Shown here piece after piece: positions 41,593 to 50,642 of a DNA stretch of 64,000 nt (its first letter is position 1; every line of letters starts with the position of its first letter). The notes below the pieces were generated by a model. The model did not search any database. It was not told the origin of the DNA and was given only the letters and a program-made list of their open reading frames with translations. Source of the DNA: an uncultured delta proteobacterium (lineage in GTDB: Bacteria; Myxococcota_A; Polyangia; Polyangiales; Polyangiaceae). The position numbers and the translations under genes are program-made. The DNA lies in the NCBI GenBank assembly GCA_963716725.1, contig CAVQUB010000015.1:192001-256000 (forward strand), given 5' to 3'.

Positions 41593-43773
41593 CTAGCGCC
41601 GTCGCCACACCACGATCCCCCAGGCCAAGGGTCCGAGCACGCTGATGAGCAGCGCGGCGGCGACCCAGGGGTTCCAGTGAGCCGTGACTTCGACGCGGTG
41701 GTGCCCCGCCGGCAGGGCGACGGCGTAGTACGCGGGGAAGATCATGCGCGGTTGCACAGATCGGCCGTCGAGCTTCCAGCGCCAGGCCGGGTGCGCTGTG
41801 ACCCGCAGCACCAGCTCGACCGGGCCCGGCGCATCGACCTCGACGCTGTGCCTTGCGTTGGCGTGGGCTTCGCTCGACAGGCGCGCGCCGTCGATGGAGC
41901 AAGGCTCCGTGACGACGTCGAACCCGGCGGGGAGGGCGCCAGGTCGAAGCTCGATCCATTCGCTGGGGTCGAACAGGGCCGTTCGTTGTGCGTCGCTGCC
42001 GGCATCGCGAAGCAGGCCCGCCCCCAGCGTTGCACTGGGCCCGGACCGTCGCTCGCGGGAGCAGCCCAGTCCGAAAAGCGAGCTACCGCCGCGTCGCGCG
42101 TACAGGTGAAGGGGCCCGTAGCGGCCAACGAGCTCGAAGCCGGGAGCGTTTTCGGGGCCGAGCTCCGCCCCCAGCAGCAGATGACTGATGCCCAGAGCCT
42201 CGCTGCGCTCAGCGAGCCCCGGTTGCTCCGGGGCCAGCAGCCGCACCAGCTGCCACGCGAATCCGACGTGGGCACCGACGCCCCGGGTGGTCGCCAGCGG
42301 GAGCGCGGAGGCGGATTCGATGCCGGTAGCGGCAGTGCAGGTCGCGGGCACCGCTCCCTCGCGGTCATCGATCCAGAGTCGGACGCCCCGGAGCTGCCCC
42401 AGGGCGGCGCGCAGCGCTTGAAACTGAGCTTCGTCCGGCTCTCGTGCCCCGCAGGGTCCCTGGGCGATGCTGGCAGAAATGGCGGCGATTCGGGCGTTGG
42501 CGTTGCCCGCGTGGGAAAGCGCCAGCGGCAGCGCAATGCCCACCCCCACAGCTGCGCCGACGACCTGGGTCGCGCGCATGGGCAGCATGCGGCCGAACCA
42601 CCGCCCCATGGTTTCGCGCTGCTGCTCCAGGGCAACGATCACGGACGCTGCGGCCACCAGCGGCACCAACGCGAGGATCCGAAGCGGCTGAACCACCTTC
42701 AACGCGAGCTCGCCGAGGCGTCCCGCGTCCGCAAGCGACGGACCGACCACGGAGAGAGCCACCACGAGTACCGAAGCGATCAGCGCCGCGCGGGCCGGCG
42801 CCAGTTTGGCGCGGGCGAACAGCACGACGACCGAGGCGGCCCAGAGGCCCGTGAGAATCGGCAACCGGTCGCGGTCGAGCAACACGCCGTCCCAAAACCA
42901 ATCGACGAGCCGATCGGGGCCGAATCCGAGCTGCATCCAGCGCGGGATCGCGGGCCAACCAAAGGGCAGCCCGAGGTGGAGCATGCCGTATCCGTAGACG
43001 ACTGCGGAAACGAGCGCCGCCGAGCCGAGACTCGCGCCCGCGTTGAGCGCCCATTGCCGCCTTCGAGCGGCCGCCACGGCGACGGTCAGCAAGATCGCCG
43101 CGCCCAAGGCGACCTGCGGGTGCGCCAAGAACGACAAGTTCGCCCAAAGCGCCGCCCACGCCAGGTTGCGTCCGACGAGCACGCTCGCCAGCCAGAGCAC
43201 CAGCAGCGGCATGACCACACACTGCGAGACCAGCCCCAAGTGGAAGTAGGTGGCGGTGCTGCCCACGAAGGGGTTGAGCGGACTTGTCCAGACCACCAGG
43301 AGCGTGCCGGCGAGACTTGACACAACCGTCGCACCGAGTCGGCGCGCCAACAGGTAGGCCAGCACCGGGGTCGCGACGATACAACCGAAACAGACCCAAT
43401 TGGTGGCGTTGACCGGCGACACACCCAAAGCCATCGGCAGGCCGGTCAACACCCAACCCACGATCGGGTAGTGGGAGGCGAGGGGAAACCCGCCCAGGTA
43501 GCTGTCGACCCAACCGCTCCCGATCCCACCGTCGAACAAGCGCCGGGCAACGATCGCGTGGGTGCGGGCGTCCGCTGGCAGGAAGCCCGGGAGGTTGCTT
43601 GCCGCGCGCATGAGCAGCAGCTCTGGCGTGTGGGCAGCGAGCAGGGCGGCGATCGCGAACGCGTCACGCCAAGTGGCGGGATCCGCCGGGGCGGGCGCGC
43701 GGGCGGGCGCTGGACTTCGCACCCCGACGAGAACCGTCACCAGCGCGACGATCACGAGTGCTGCCTGGATCAT
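41593..43773 (-). CDS. Large multi-pass membrane protein, GT-C/YfhO-like
   Basis: D..TH...GWVDSYLGGFP...HYP first loop; about 12 TMs; C-terminal HPAWRWKLDG...LPAGHH.V.V. Confidence 0.6.
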   Translation of the reverse strand: MIQAALVIVALVTVLVGVRSPAPARAPAPADPATWRDAFAIAALLAAHTPELLLMRAASNLPGFLPADARTHAIVARRLFDGGIGSGWVDSYLGGFPLASHYPIVGWVLTGLPMALGVSPVNATNWVCFGCIVATPVLAYLLARRLGATVVSSLAGTLLVVWTSPLNPFVGSTATYFHLGLVSQCVVMPLLVLWLASVLVGRNLAWAALWANLSFLAHPQVALGAAILLTVAVAAARRRQWALNAGASLGSAALVSAVVYGYGMLHLGLPFGWPAIPRWMQLGFGPDRLVDWFWDGVLLDRDRLPILTGLWAASVVVLFARAKLAPARAALIASVLVVALSVVGPSLADAGRLGELALKVVQPLRILALVPLVAAASVIVALEQQRETMGRWFGRMLPMRATQVVGAAVGVGIALPLALSHAGNANARIAAISASIAQGPCGAREPDEAQFQALRAALGQLRGVRLWIDDREGAVPATCTAATGIESASALPLATTRGVGAHVGFAWQLVRLLAPEQPGLAERSEALGISHLLLGAELGPENAPGFELVGRYGPLHLYARRGGSSLFGLGCSRERRSGPSATLGAGLLRDAGSDAQRTALFDPSEWIELRPGALPAGFDVVTEPCSIDGARLSSEAHANARHSVEVDAPGPVELVLRVTAHPAWRWKLDGRSVQPRMIFPAYYAVALPAGHHRVEVTAHWNPWVAAALLISVLGPLAWGIVVWRRR

Positions 43774-43813
43774 GAGGGTCGCGGAAAGCTCGAGTCGGTG
43801 CTCGGTCCGAAGC

Positions 43814-45427
43814 TCACTCCGGCGTTTGAGTCTTGGCGCTCGCTGAGCCGGTCACCGCGGCGGACGAGCTGCCAGAGCTGAACGTGCCTACCCAGCTGCC
43901 CGCGAGGGCGCTCGGTCGGGCGAGGTCGTCCACTGTGGCTTGCGCGGCGGCGGCGATCGTGAGCGACGCGCTGGGGGCCGCCGCTGCCGCGGAAGCGTCG
44001 CGAGCGTGGCTCCAGAGCAGAGCGAGGCCGTCACGACACAGGTCCTGCGCACAGAGGGCATCACAACCGGAGAACGCCACGGCGGGCCCGCTACCCGCCG
44101 CGACGAGCGCCTGGGCGACAGTCTGACAACCCACGACCTGAGCCAGGGCCTGAGGCACGCTCGATGCCGCGGGGACCTTGGCTTTGGCGGGCGCGAGGGC
44201 CAGTGAGGCGACGAGGCGGGACGGCAGGAGCGCGAACGCAACACTCATCGCGACGGTGTCGTCCGGATGTGGTTTCCATGACGCCAAGTACGTCGTCGGA
44301 GCGCCGGCCTCGGAGGCGTTGGCGCCTCCGAGGGTTTCGAGTTCGAACCAAGCGTTCGAAGCGTTGCCGCTCGCGCTCGACAGACGTCCCCGGAAGGCGT
44401 CGGGAGAGGCGAAGCTCTCGGCGCCTTGCGTGAGCCAGGGCTCGAGCTTGGCGCGGATCGCATTTGGCCCCCCCATTGCGGTCTGGACCACGGTGTCCCA
44501 GTTCCCGGTCTTGCGAGCTGCTTGAAAGCCCGAAGCTTGCCCGGCGTCCGTCGTCGCGGCCTGCATGGCATCGAGCAGCGCCGAGGCGTCGTTCGATGCG
44601 GGGGACAGCGCCACGAGCATGGAGTCGACCTGGAGCAGATCGCTCCACTTGCCCTTGCCGGCGTCGAGCCCGAGCACCACGTCCAGCTTGGTGTCGCCCA
44701 GCTTGATCGGGATGTCGACGACGGTCACCGTTAGCTCTTGGACCTGGCCTGCACCGAGGCTGGTCATTTCCTCACAGCCGACGATGGACTCGGCTCCCCG
44801 CAGCGTCACCGCCAGCGCCGGGCCCACCGGCACGTCGTCGACCTGCGGGATCGCTGGAGACGCCGCGGACGCCTTGAGGTCGCCGTCCTTCAGCAACTCG
44901 CCGGAGAGCTCCGCGCAAGTCACGCCAGTCCGGACACTGGCGAGCCAGTACGACACGCCGCGCTTGCCGCCGTACTCGGGGCCCACCTTCAGCGACCCGA
45001 AGCCACTCGCACTGACGCTCACGGCCACGTTGGCCGTGACTTTTTCCCCTGAGCTGGCCCGGAGGCTGAAGGCTCGAGCCGAGCTCGGCGCGATGACGGA
45101 CACCGTCGCGCGACCGTCCGAGCCCGTCGTCGTTTCGCTCTTGTCGAGGGAAGCGTCGTCGTAGTCTCCGAGCAGGGCGAGCCGCACCGGGTACTGACCG
45201 GGCGGAGTGGCCACGACGGTGAGCGTTTGCGTCTCGCCGGGCACGAGCGTGAGCGTGCTCGACGGAACGAAGGAGAGCGAGGTGGGACCAGCGGTCACAC
45301 CGCCCGAACCGCCGCCGCCGCCCGAGCCGCCGCCGGCTGCGTCGCTTCCACACGCCGCGCACGCGAGCGCGGCGCCGAGCAGAAGAGCCCAGCGGGCGCT
45401 TCCGAGCAATTGCAGCGAGCTGGCCAT
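43814..45427 (-). CDS. Hypothetical lipoprotein with Ig-like beta domains
   Basis: CAAC lipobox, Gly-rich linker, TT.SDGRATV motif. Confidence 0.65.
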   Translation of the reverse strand: MASSLQLLGSARWALLLGAALACAACGSDAAGGGSGGGGGSGGVTAGPTSLSFVPSSTLTLVPGETQTLTVVATPPGQYPVRLALLGDYDDASLDKSETTTGSDGRATVSVIAPSSARAFSLRASSGEKVTANVAVSVSASGFGSLKVGPEYGGKRGVSYWLASVRTGVTCAELSGELLKDGDLKASAASPAIPQVDDVPVGPALAVTLRGAESIVGCEEMTSLGAGQVQELTVTVVDIPIKLGDTKLDVVLGLDAGKGKWSDLLQVDSMLVALSPASNDASALLDAMQAATTDAGQASGFQAARKTGNWDTVVQTAMGGPNAIRAKLEPWLTQGAESFASPDAFRGRLSSASGNASNAWFELETLGGANASEAGAPTTYLASWKPHPDDTVAMSVAFALLPSRLVASLALAPAKAKVPAASSVPQALAQVVGCQTVAQALVAAGSGPAVAFSGCDALCAQDLCRDGLALLWSHARDASAAAAAPSASLTIAAAAQATVDDLARPSALAGSWVGTFSSGSSSAAVTGSASAKTQTPE

Positions 45428-45540
45428 GTCGAAGGAGAAGCGTGAAAGACCTCACAAGCGTAGACTTTTGGCCCGACAAAGCAAGGAGCGCGCTGGGGTC
45501 ATGCGCTGGCTCCGACCTGCGTGTTATGGAAGGGATCGGG

Positions 45541-46971
45541 ATGGAGTCGCTGGTTCCCCGCCCCCGCAAGGTGCTCGTCGTGGACGACGAGCCGTCCATC
45601 CGACAGCTGCTGCAGATTGCGCTTCGGCGGGAAGGCTACGACGTGGTCACGGTGGGGGGGTACCGTGCGGCCACGGAGGCGATCGCGAGCAGCCAGCAGT
45701 CGTTCCCAGTGGTGCTGACCGACCTCTCCATGCCCGACGGATCGGGATTCGACGTGATCGCCGCCGCCAAGCGCCGTGACCCAGCCAGCGAGGTGATCTT
45801 GATCACCGCCCACTCTACCGTCGAGAACGCCATCACGGCCATGCGCGGCGGCGCCTACGACTTCGTGACGAAGCCCTTTCAGCCGGCTGAGCTCCTCGCG
45901 CTCGTCCAGAAGGCGCTGGAGAAGCACGAGCTGAGCGCCGAAAACACCCGGCTGCGCGCGCGCATCGAGCGATCCGACAGCGGCGTGCTCGGGCGCAGTC
46001 CCGCCATGCGCGCCGTAATGGATCTCGTCGACCGCGTCGCTTCGACCAAGACCACGGTGTTGATCACGGGCGAGAGTGGCACGGGCAAAGAGCGGGTTGC
46101 GCGCGCGATCCACGAGCGCTCGGATCGCCAGGCGGGACCCTTCTTGGTCGTGAACTGCGGCGCGCTGCCCGAAGCGCTGATGGAAAGCGAGCTGTTTGGC
46201 CATGAAAAGGGCGCTTTCACCGGAGCACAGCAGCGACACCGCGGCCTGTTTCGCGAGGCAGATGGCGGCACGCTCATGCTCGACGAGGTCGGCGAGCTGC
46301 CCCTGTCGCTGCAGGTGAAGTTGTTGCGAGTGCTGCAGGAGCGGAGCGTGCGTGCCGTGGGTTCGACGCAGGAGACCCCCGTCGATGTGCGCCTGCTCGC
46401 TGCCACCAACCGCGACATCGAAGCGGAGGTCGCCAGCGGGGGCTTTCGGCAAGACCTCTACTATCGATTGAACGTGATTCGGCTGCCGCTGCCGCCGCTG
46501 CGAGAACGGCGCGACGACATCCCACTGATGGCGGAGCGATTCTTGCGGCGGTTTGCCGCGGAGATGGGCAAGGACGTCGCGGGCTTCACGTCGGATGCGC
46601 TTCGGGCCCTGGAGCGCTACGACTACCCCGGCAACGTGCGCGAGCTCGAGAACGTCGTCGAGCGCTCAGTGGCGCTGGCCGACTCCCGATCGATCGGCCT
46701 CGGGGACCTGCCCACCGAGGTGGCCGGAGCCGCGAGCGCGCCGGCGGGCGAGATCCTCACCTTGCCCCCCGAAGGCGCGAACCTCGACGAGATCTTGAAC
46801 GAGGTGGAGCGCCGTCTCCTGCTCTCGGCGCTGGACCGCACCGACGGCAACCGCACGGCCGCGGCGAAGCTCCTGGGCATCACCTTCCGCTCGCTGCGCT
46901 ACCGGCTGTCGAAGCACGGCCTCGGGAGCGACGACGAGCCGACTTCCGAGGATCCGGCAGGTCCGCAATAA
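45541..46971 (+). CDS. pilR: Sigma-54-dependent response regulator (PilR-like)
   Basis: REC + GESGTGKE + GAFTGA + RNDI-type AAA motifs + Fis HTH ending GITFRSLRYRL; adjacent to pilins. Confidence 0.85.
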   Translation: MESLVPRPRKVLVVDDEPSIRQLLQIALRREGYDVVTVGGYRAATEAIASSQQSFPVVLTDLSMPDGSGFDVIAAAKRRDPASEVILITAHSTVENAITAMRGGAYDFVTKPFQPAELLALVQKALEKHELSAENTRLRARIERSDSGVLGRSPAMRAVMDLVDRVASTKTTVLITGESGTGKERVARAIHERSDRQAGPFLVVNCGALPEALMESELFGHEKGAFTGAQQRHRGLFREADGGTLMLDEVGELPLSLQVKLLRVLQERSVRAVGSTQETPVDVRLLAATNRDIEAEVASGGFRQDLYYRLNVIRLPLPPLRERRDDIPLMAERFLRRFAAEMGKDVAGFTSDALRALERYDYPGNVRELENVVERSVALADSRSIGLGDLPTEVAGAASAPAGEILTLPPEGANLDEILNEVERRLLLSALDRTDGNRTAAAKLLGITFRSLRYRLSKHGLGSDDEPTSEDPAGPQ

Positions 46972-47048
46972 CTTCCGAGCCCGCTAGCGGTTGCGAGGCC
47001 GAAAACGGGAGTGTCTCCGGGTACCTGGGCTAGAATGCACGGGCGACC

Positions 47049-47642
47049 ATGGAACGGCCCGTGCATGTCAACTCGCGATCCATGTCCCCGCGCGCGCACA
47101 AAAGACGTCGTCGACTGCGGGCGTTCACCCTGGTGGAGCTGATGGTGGTGGTGCTGCTCGTGGGCATCCTGGCCACGGTGGGGATCGTCACCTTCCGACA
47201 GTGGGTGTTCCACTCGCGGTCGGTGGAGGCCTTCGGAATGGTGCAGAGCGTTCGCGTAGCCCAGGAGCGTTGGCGAGCCGAGACCGGCAGCTATCTGGAC
47301 GTGTCCACCACCATGACGTCCTGGTATCCGATGCCGGCGCCCGGCCGGACCCTGTGGGATTGGAACCAGGCGTCGGGCGCAGACTATGGCAAGTGGATGC
47401 GGCTCAATCCGACTGTTTCTGGGCCGCTCCAGTTCGCCTACGTGACCAAGGCCGGGGCGCCTTTCACGGCCATGCCCGCGCCGTCGACCGCCGAGCAGCC
47501 GGCCTGGCCTGCAGCTAACGCGATGACGCAGCCGTGGTACGTGATCCAAGCGATGGGCGACACGGACGCCGATGGGGTCAAGTCCTACTACGTCGCCGCC
47601 AGCCTGACCGGCGAGATCCTCCGCGAGAACGAAGGCGAGTGA
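47049..47642 (+). CDS. Type IV pilin-like protein 1
   Basis: Basic leader, A|FTLVELM N-methyl motif; start may be 47082. Confidence 0.88.
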   Translation: MERPVHVNSRSMSPRAHKRRRRLRAFTLVELMVVVLLVGILATVGIVTFRQWVFHSRSVEAFGMVQSVRVAQERWRAETGSYLDVSTTMTSWYPMPAPGRTLWDWNQASGADYGKWMRLNPTVSGPLQFAYVTKAGAPFTAMPAPSTAEQPAWPAANAMTQPWYVIQAMGDTDADGVKSYYVAASLTGEILRENEGE

Positions 47643-47742
47643 GCGAGCTGTTCGCTCTGCCGCCGCGTTGCTGCGTGTGCTGCCGTGTGCGTGCGGCGTT
47701 TACCCTGGTCCCTGTCAGGTCTCGTCACCCCCTCGAGGACGA

Positions 47743-47759
47743 GTGACGAGAATCGTCAC
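47743..47759. promoter_or_regulatory. Inverted repeat, candidate enhancer (UAS) for PilR
   Basis: gtgacga-gaa-tcgtcac, about 75-90 bp upstream of the sigma-54 motif. Confidence 0.4.
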
Positions 47760-47832
47760 CTCAATTGGCCGCCGCCGCGCGCGACGTGCGACAATCCGGG
47801 CAATGAGCTGGAGACCTCGCGTAGCGCGCCGC

Positions 47833-47848
47833 TGGTACGGAAGCTGCA
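47833..47848 (+). promoter_or_regulatory. Sigma-54 -24/-12 promoter
   Basis: TGGTAC-GGAAG-CTGCA (GG-N10-GC) just upstream of pilin 2, near a sigma-54 activator gene. Confidence 0.6.
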
Positions 47849-47862
47849 CTGCCCAGTCTACG

Positions 47863-48402
47863 ATGCGCATCGGTCGTTCGCAGCGCGGATTCACTCTCGT
47901 CGAGTTGATGGTCGTAGTGACCATCGTCGGCGTGCTCGCGACGCTCGCGGTGTACGGAATGAGGAAGTACATCTTCGCCAGCAAGTCGGCGGAGCCGATC
48001 CACATGATCGGGCAGATCAAGACCGCGCAGGAATCGTGGCGCGAAGAATTTCACACCTACTACGACGTCTCGAGTTCGCTGACCGCCTATTATCCGGCGC
48101 CTCCCGACGGCAACAAGCGGCACTGGATCTACCCGTCGCACCTGGAGTACGCGGGGACCTGGCGGCACTTTCCGGTCTCGACGCCCAACCCCGTGAGTTT
48201 CGGCTACGCGGTCGTCGCGGGCGGTCCTGGCGCCCCGCCGCCCCCCCCCAACACCGCGCAGACCTTCAACTGGCCCAACCCGACCACCGAGCCCTGGTTC
48301 GTGATTCAGGCCGCGGGCAACTTCGACGGCGACAGCGTGTTCTCCCTCTTCGTGAGCTCGAGCTTTACGCAAGAGATCTACGTAGAGAACGAAGGCGAAT
48401 GA
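47863..48402 (+). CDS. Type IV pilin-like protein 2
   Basis: QRG|FTLVELM motif. Confidence 0.9.
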   Translation: MRIGRSQRGFTLVELMVVVTIVGVLATLAVYGMRKYIFASKSAEPIHMIGQIKTAQESWREEFHTYYDVSSSLTAYYPAPPDGNKRHWIYPSHLEYAGTWRHFPVSTPNPVSFGYAVVAGGPGAPPPPPNTAQTFNWPNPTTEPWFVIQAAGNFDGDSVFSLFVSSSFTQEIYVENEGE

Positions 48403-48512
48403 TTCATCGGGCCGCCTGAAGCTTGGGCGGTGACGACTGAGATCTGCGCGCGCGGCGGGTGGCCGGGCGCGACACCCAGACCTGTGCCACCCGTCAGACA
48501 AGGAGAGACCAA

Positions 48513-49106
48513 ATGAAGAAGAAACTGAAGAGGGGTTTTACGCTCGTCGAACTCATGATCGTCGTCGCGATCGTCGGCGTGCTCGCGGCCCTCGCCATCT
48601 ACGGTGTCCGCAAGTACATCGCCAACGCGAAGACGGCAGAGGCCCGCAACTCGCTGGGCAATATGTCCAAGGGCGCTTCGAGCGCGTATGCGCGGGAAGG
48701 CATGTCGGGAACAGTGCTGGACCTCGGTAGCATGGCCGACATCAACAATCGCTTGTGCGGCACCGCGACCGCCATGGTCCCGGCCGCCAAGGCCAGCATT
48801 CAAGGGAGGAAGTACCAGTCCTCGCCGACGGAGTGGTCGGCGGATGGCACCACGGTTCACAAGGGCTTCGCGTGTCTGAAGTTCACCATGGAAGCGCCCC
48901 AGTACTACATGTACAACTACACGCAGACCGGCGGCACCAACGGCGGCGGCAACGGCGCGGCCTTCGCCAGCATTGCCCAAGGCGACCTGAACGGGGATGG
49001 CATCCTGTCGAGCTTCACCATCGCCGGTGAGGTGAAGACGGGCTCCTCGGGTGAGCTGGCGCTGGTGATTGCCCCGAACTTCGTCGAGAGCAATCCGGAG
49101 GAGTGA
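48513..49106 (+). CDS. pilA: Major type IV pilin
   Basis: KRG|FTLVELMIVVAIVGVLAALA..KTAEA; strong AAGGAG RBS; two Cys; followed by a terminator. Confidence 0.85.
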   Translation: MKKKLKRGFTLVELMIVVAIVGVLAALAIYGVRKYIANAKTAEARNSLGNMSKGASSAYAREGMSGTVLDLGSMADINNRLCGTATAMVPAAKASIQGRKYQSSPTEWSADGTTVHKGFACLKFTMEAPQYYMYNYTQTGGTNGGGNGAAFASIAQGDLNGDGILSSFTIAGEVKTGSSGELALVIAPNFVESNPEE

Positions 49107-49120
49107 ACCTGCTCTGATGG

Positions 49121-49164
49121 AAATCCACTACGCCTGCGGCATGTCCGCGGGCGTAGTGCATTTT
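49121..49164 (+). terminator. Rho-independent terminator after pilA
   Basis: Stem cactacgcctgcgg/ccgcgggcgtagtg followed by catttt. Confidence 0.75.
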
Positions 49165-49218
49165 GTGGTGCGTGCCGGCGCTTGTGCCGGGCGGTCGAAT
49201 CGGGCAGGTTGCAGCGCC

Positions 49219-49704
49219 GTGCGCTCTGTGACGCCTCTCGAAGCCGCTGTGGCGGTCGCGGTTGCCGGCGCGGTCCTCGCGACGGCCCTGCCTTCCTTCG
49301 TTCGCAACCTGCACGCCTCGAAGCTCGTCGAGCCCATCGACGGGCTAAATCGGATCGCAGTGCGTGCCACCTCGTTGGCGACGGGCCGCCCGGTCGCGTC
49401 GGCTTATCCGGAGAGCGTCGGGCTCACCCCGGCGGAGATCCCCGCCGGCGTCCGGGTGACAGACCCGCCGGGCACCTGGGATCATCCCACCTGGCGCGCT
49501 CTGGAGTTTGGATTCGCGGTGCCGCACTCCTTTAGTTTTGCGTTCGAGAGCGGCGGCAGCGCCGATCACGCGGCGTTTCGAGCCGTCGCGCGGGGAGATC
49601 TCGACGGCGATGGGAGCACGAGCGAGCTCAGCATCTCCGGTCAATCTCGCGAGGGAGGCCCGCCGAGCGTCGCGCCGATGGACATCTACCGTGAAGTCGA
49701 GTGA
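49219..49704 (+). CDS. Degenerate pilin-like protein 4
   Basis: VTPLEAAVAVAV (E5 kept, G|F lost), W..L.F, ARGDLDGDG C-terminal motif. Confidence 0.7.
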   Translation: MRSVTPLEAAVAVAVAGAVLATALPSFVRNLHASKLVEPIDGLNRIAVRATSLATGRPVASAYPESVGLTPAEIPAGVRVTDPPGTWDHPTWRALEFGFAVPHSFSFAFESGGSADHAAFRAVARGDLDGDGSTSELSISGQSREGGPPSVAPMDIYREVE

Positions 49705-50638
49705 CCCGTCGCGCCGCCGGCTCCGGCTGGGTGCTGCCGAACTCGTCGCCGGGGCGGTCATGCTGGTCGCCGCGGTCGCGATTGGCTTCACGCGCCCGCG
49801 GCTCGCGGAACGGTTCCATGGGATCCGCGTCGCGGCCGACGTCTACGCGCTGCCCAGCCCTGAGCAGACCGTCGTGATGAGCCTGGGTTGGCGCTCGGCC
49901 CTCGCGGATTTGATCTTCTCGACGACGCTGGTTTCCTACGGCATCCACATCCAAGAAAAGCGCCGCTTCGAATTCGCTGCCAACTACCTCGACACCGTTA
50001 ACGAGCTCGACCCGAAATTCCGAGCGCCCTACCTGTACGCGGACACGGTGCTCACTCTCGGCGTGGTGAAGCCCCGCGAGCAGGACTACTTACGCGCGCG
50101 AAAGATCGTCGAGCGCGGCATGCAGGAGTTTCCACTGGACGCGCAGCTTTGGACGCAGGGGGGTCAATTCATGGCTTATCTGGCGCCGCAGGCCTTCGAC
50201 GACGAGGCCGTCAAGAAGGAGTGGAAGCTGGAGGGGGCGCGTCGGATGGCGCGGGCCTGCGAGCTGGTCGGCAACGACGAGAACATCCCCTTTCACTGCA
50301 TCACCGCCGCAACCATCTTGTCGAAGGCCGGCGAGCGCGAGGCGACGATCCAGTTCTTGGAGCGCGTGCTCACGGTGGTCGACGATCCGGAAGTTCGCGG
50401 TATCGCCCTGAACTACTTGCAAAAGACCGTGAGCGAGACCGAGCGGGATCGGGTTCAGTGGCGCTCGGAGCGTTTCTCCGACGCTTGGCGCTCGGACTTG
50501 TCGTTTGTCTCCAAGGGCGACCTGCTCGTCGCTGGCCCGCCGCTGGACGTGGCGCGGTGCGCTGGACGCGGAGGAGATCCGGACAGCGGCTGCTTCGTCA
50601 CCTGGCTCGATTGGGGAAGATCCGCGGGGCGAAGGTGA
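49691..50638 (+). CDS. Pilus accessory protein, myxobacterial PilG-like (TPR-like)
   Basis: N-terminal TM, SLGWRSALADL, LDPKF..PY; position directly after the pilins. Confidence 0.55.
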   Translation: MKSSDPSRRRLRLGAAELVAGAVMLVAAVAIGFTRPRLAERFHGIRVAADVYALPSPEQTVVMSLGWRSALADLIFSTTLVSYGIHIQEKRRFEFAANYLDTVNELDPKFRAPYLYADTVLTLGVVKPREQDYLRARKIVERGMQEFPLDAQLWTQGGQFMAYLAPQAFDDEAVKKEWKLEGARRMARACELVGNDENIPFHCITAATILSKAGEREATIQFLERVLTVVDDPEVRGIALNYLQKTVSETERDRVQWRSERFSDAWRSDLSFVSKGDLLVAGPPLDVARCAGRGGDPDSGCFVTWLDWGRSAGRR

Positions 50639-50642
50639 GCGT

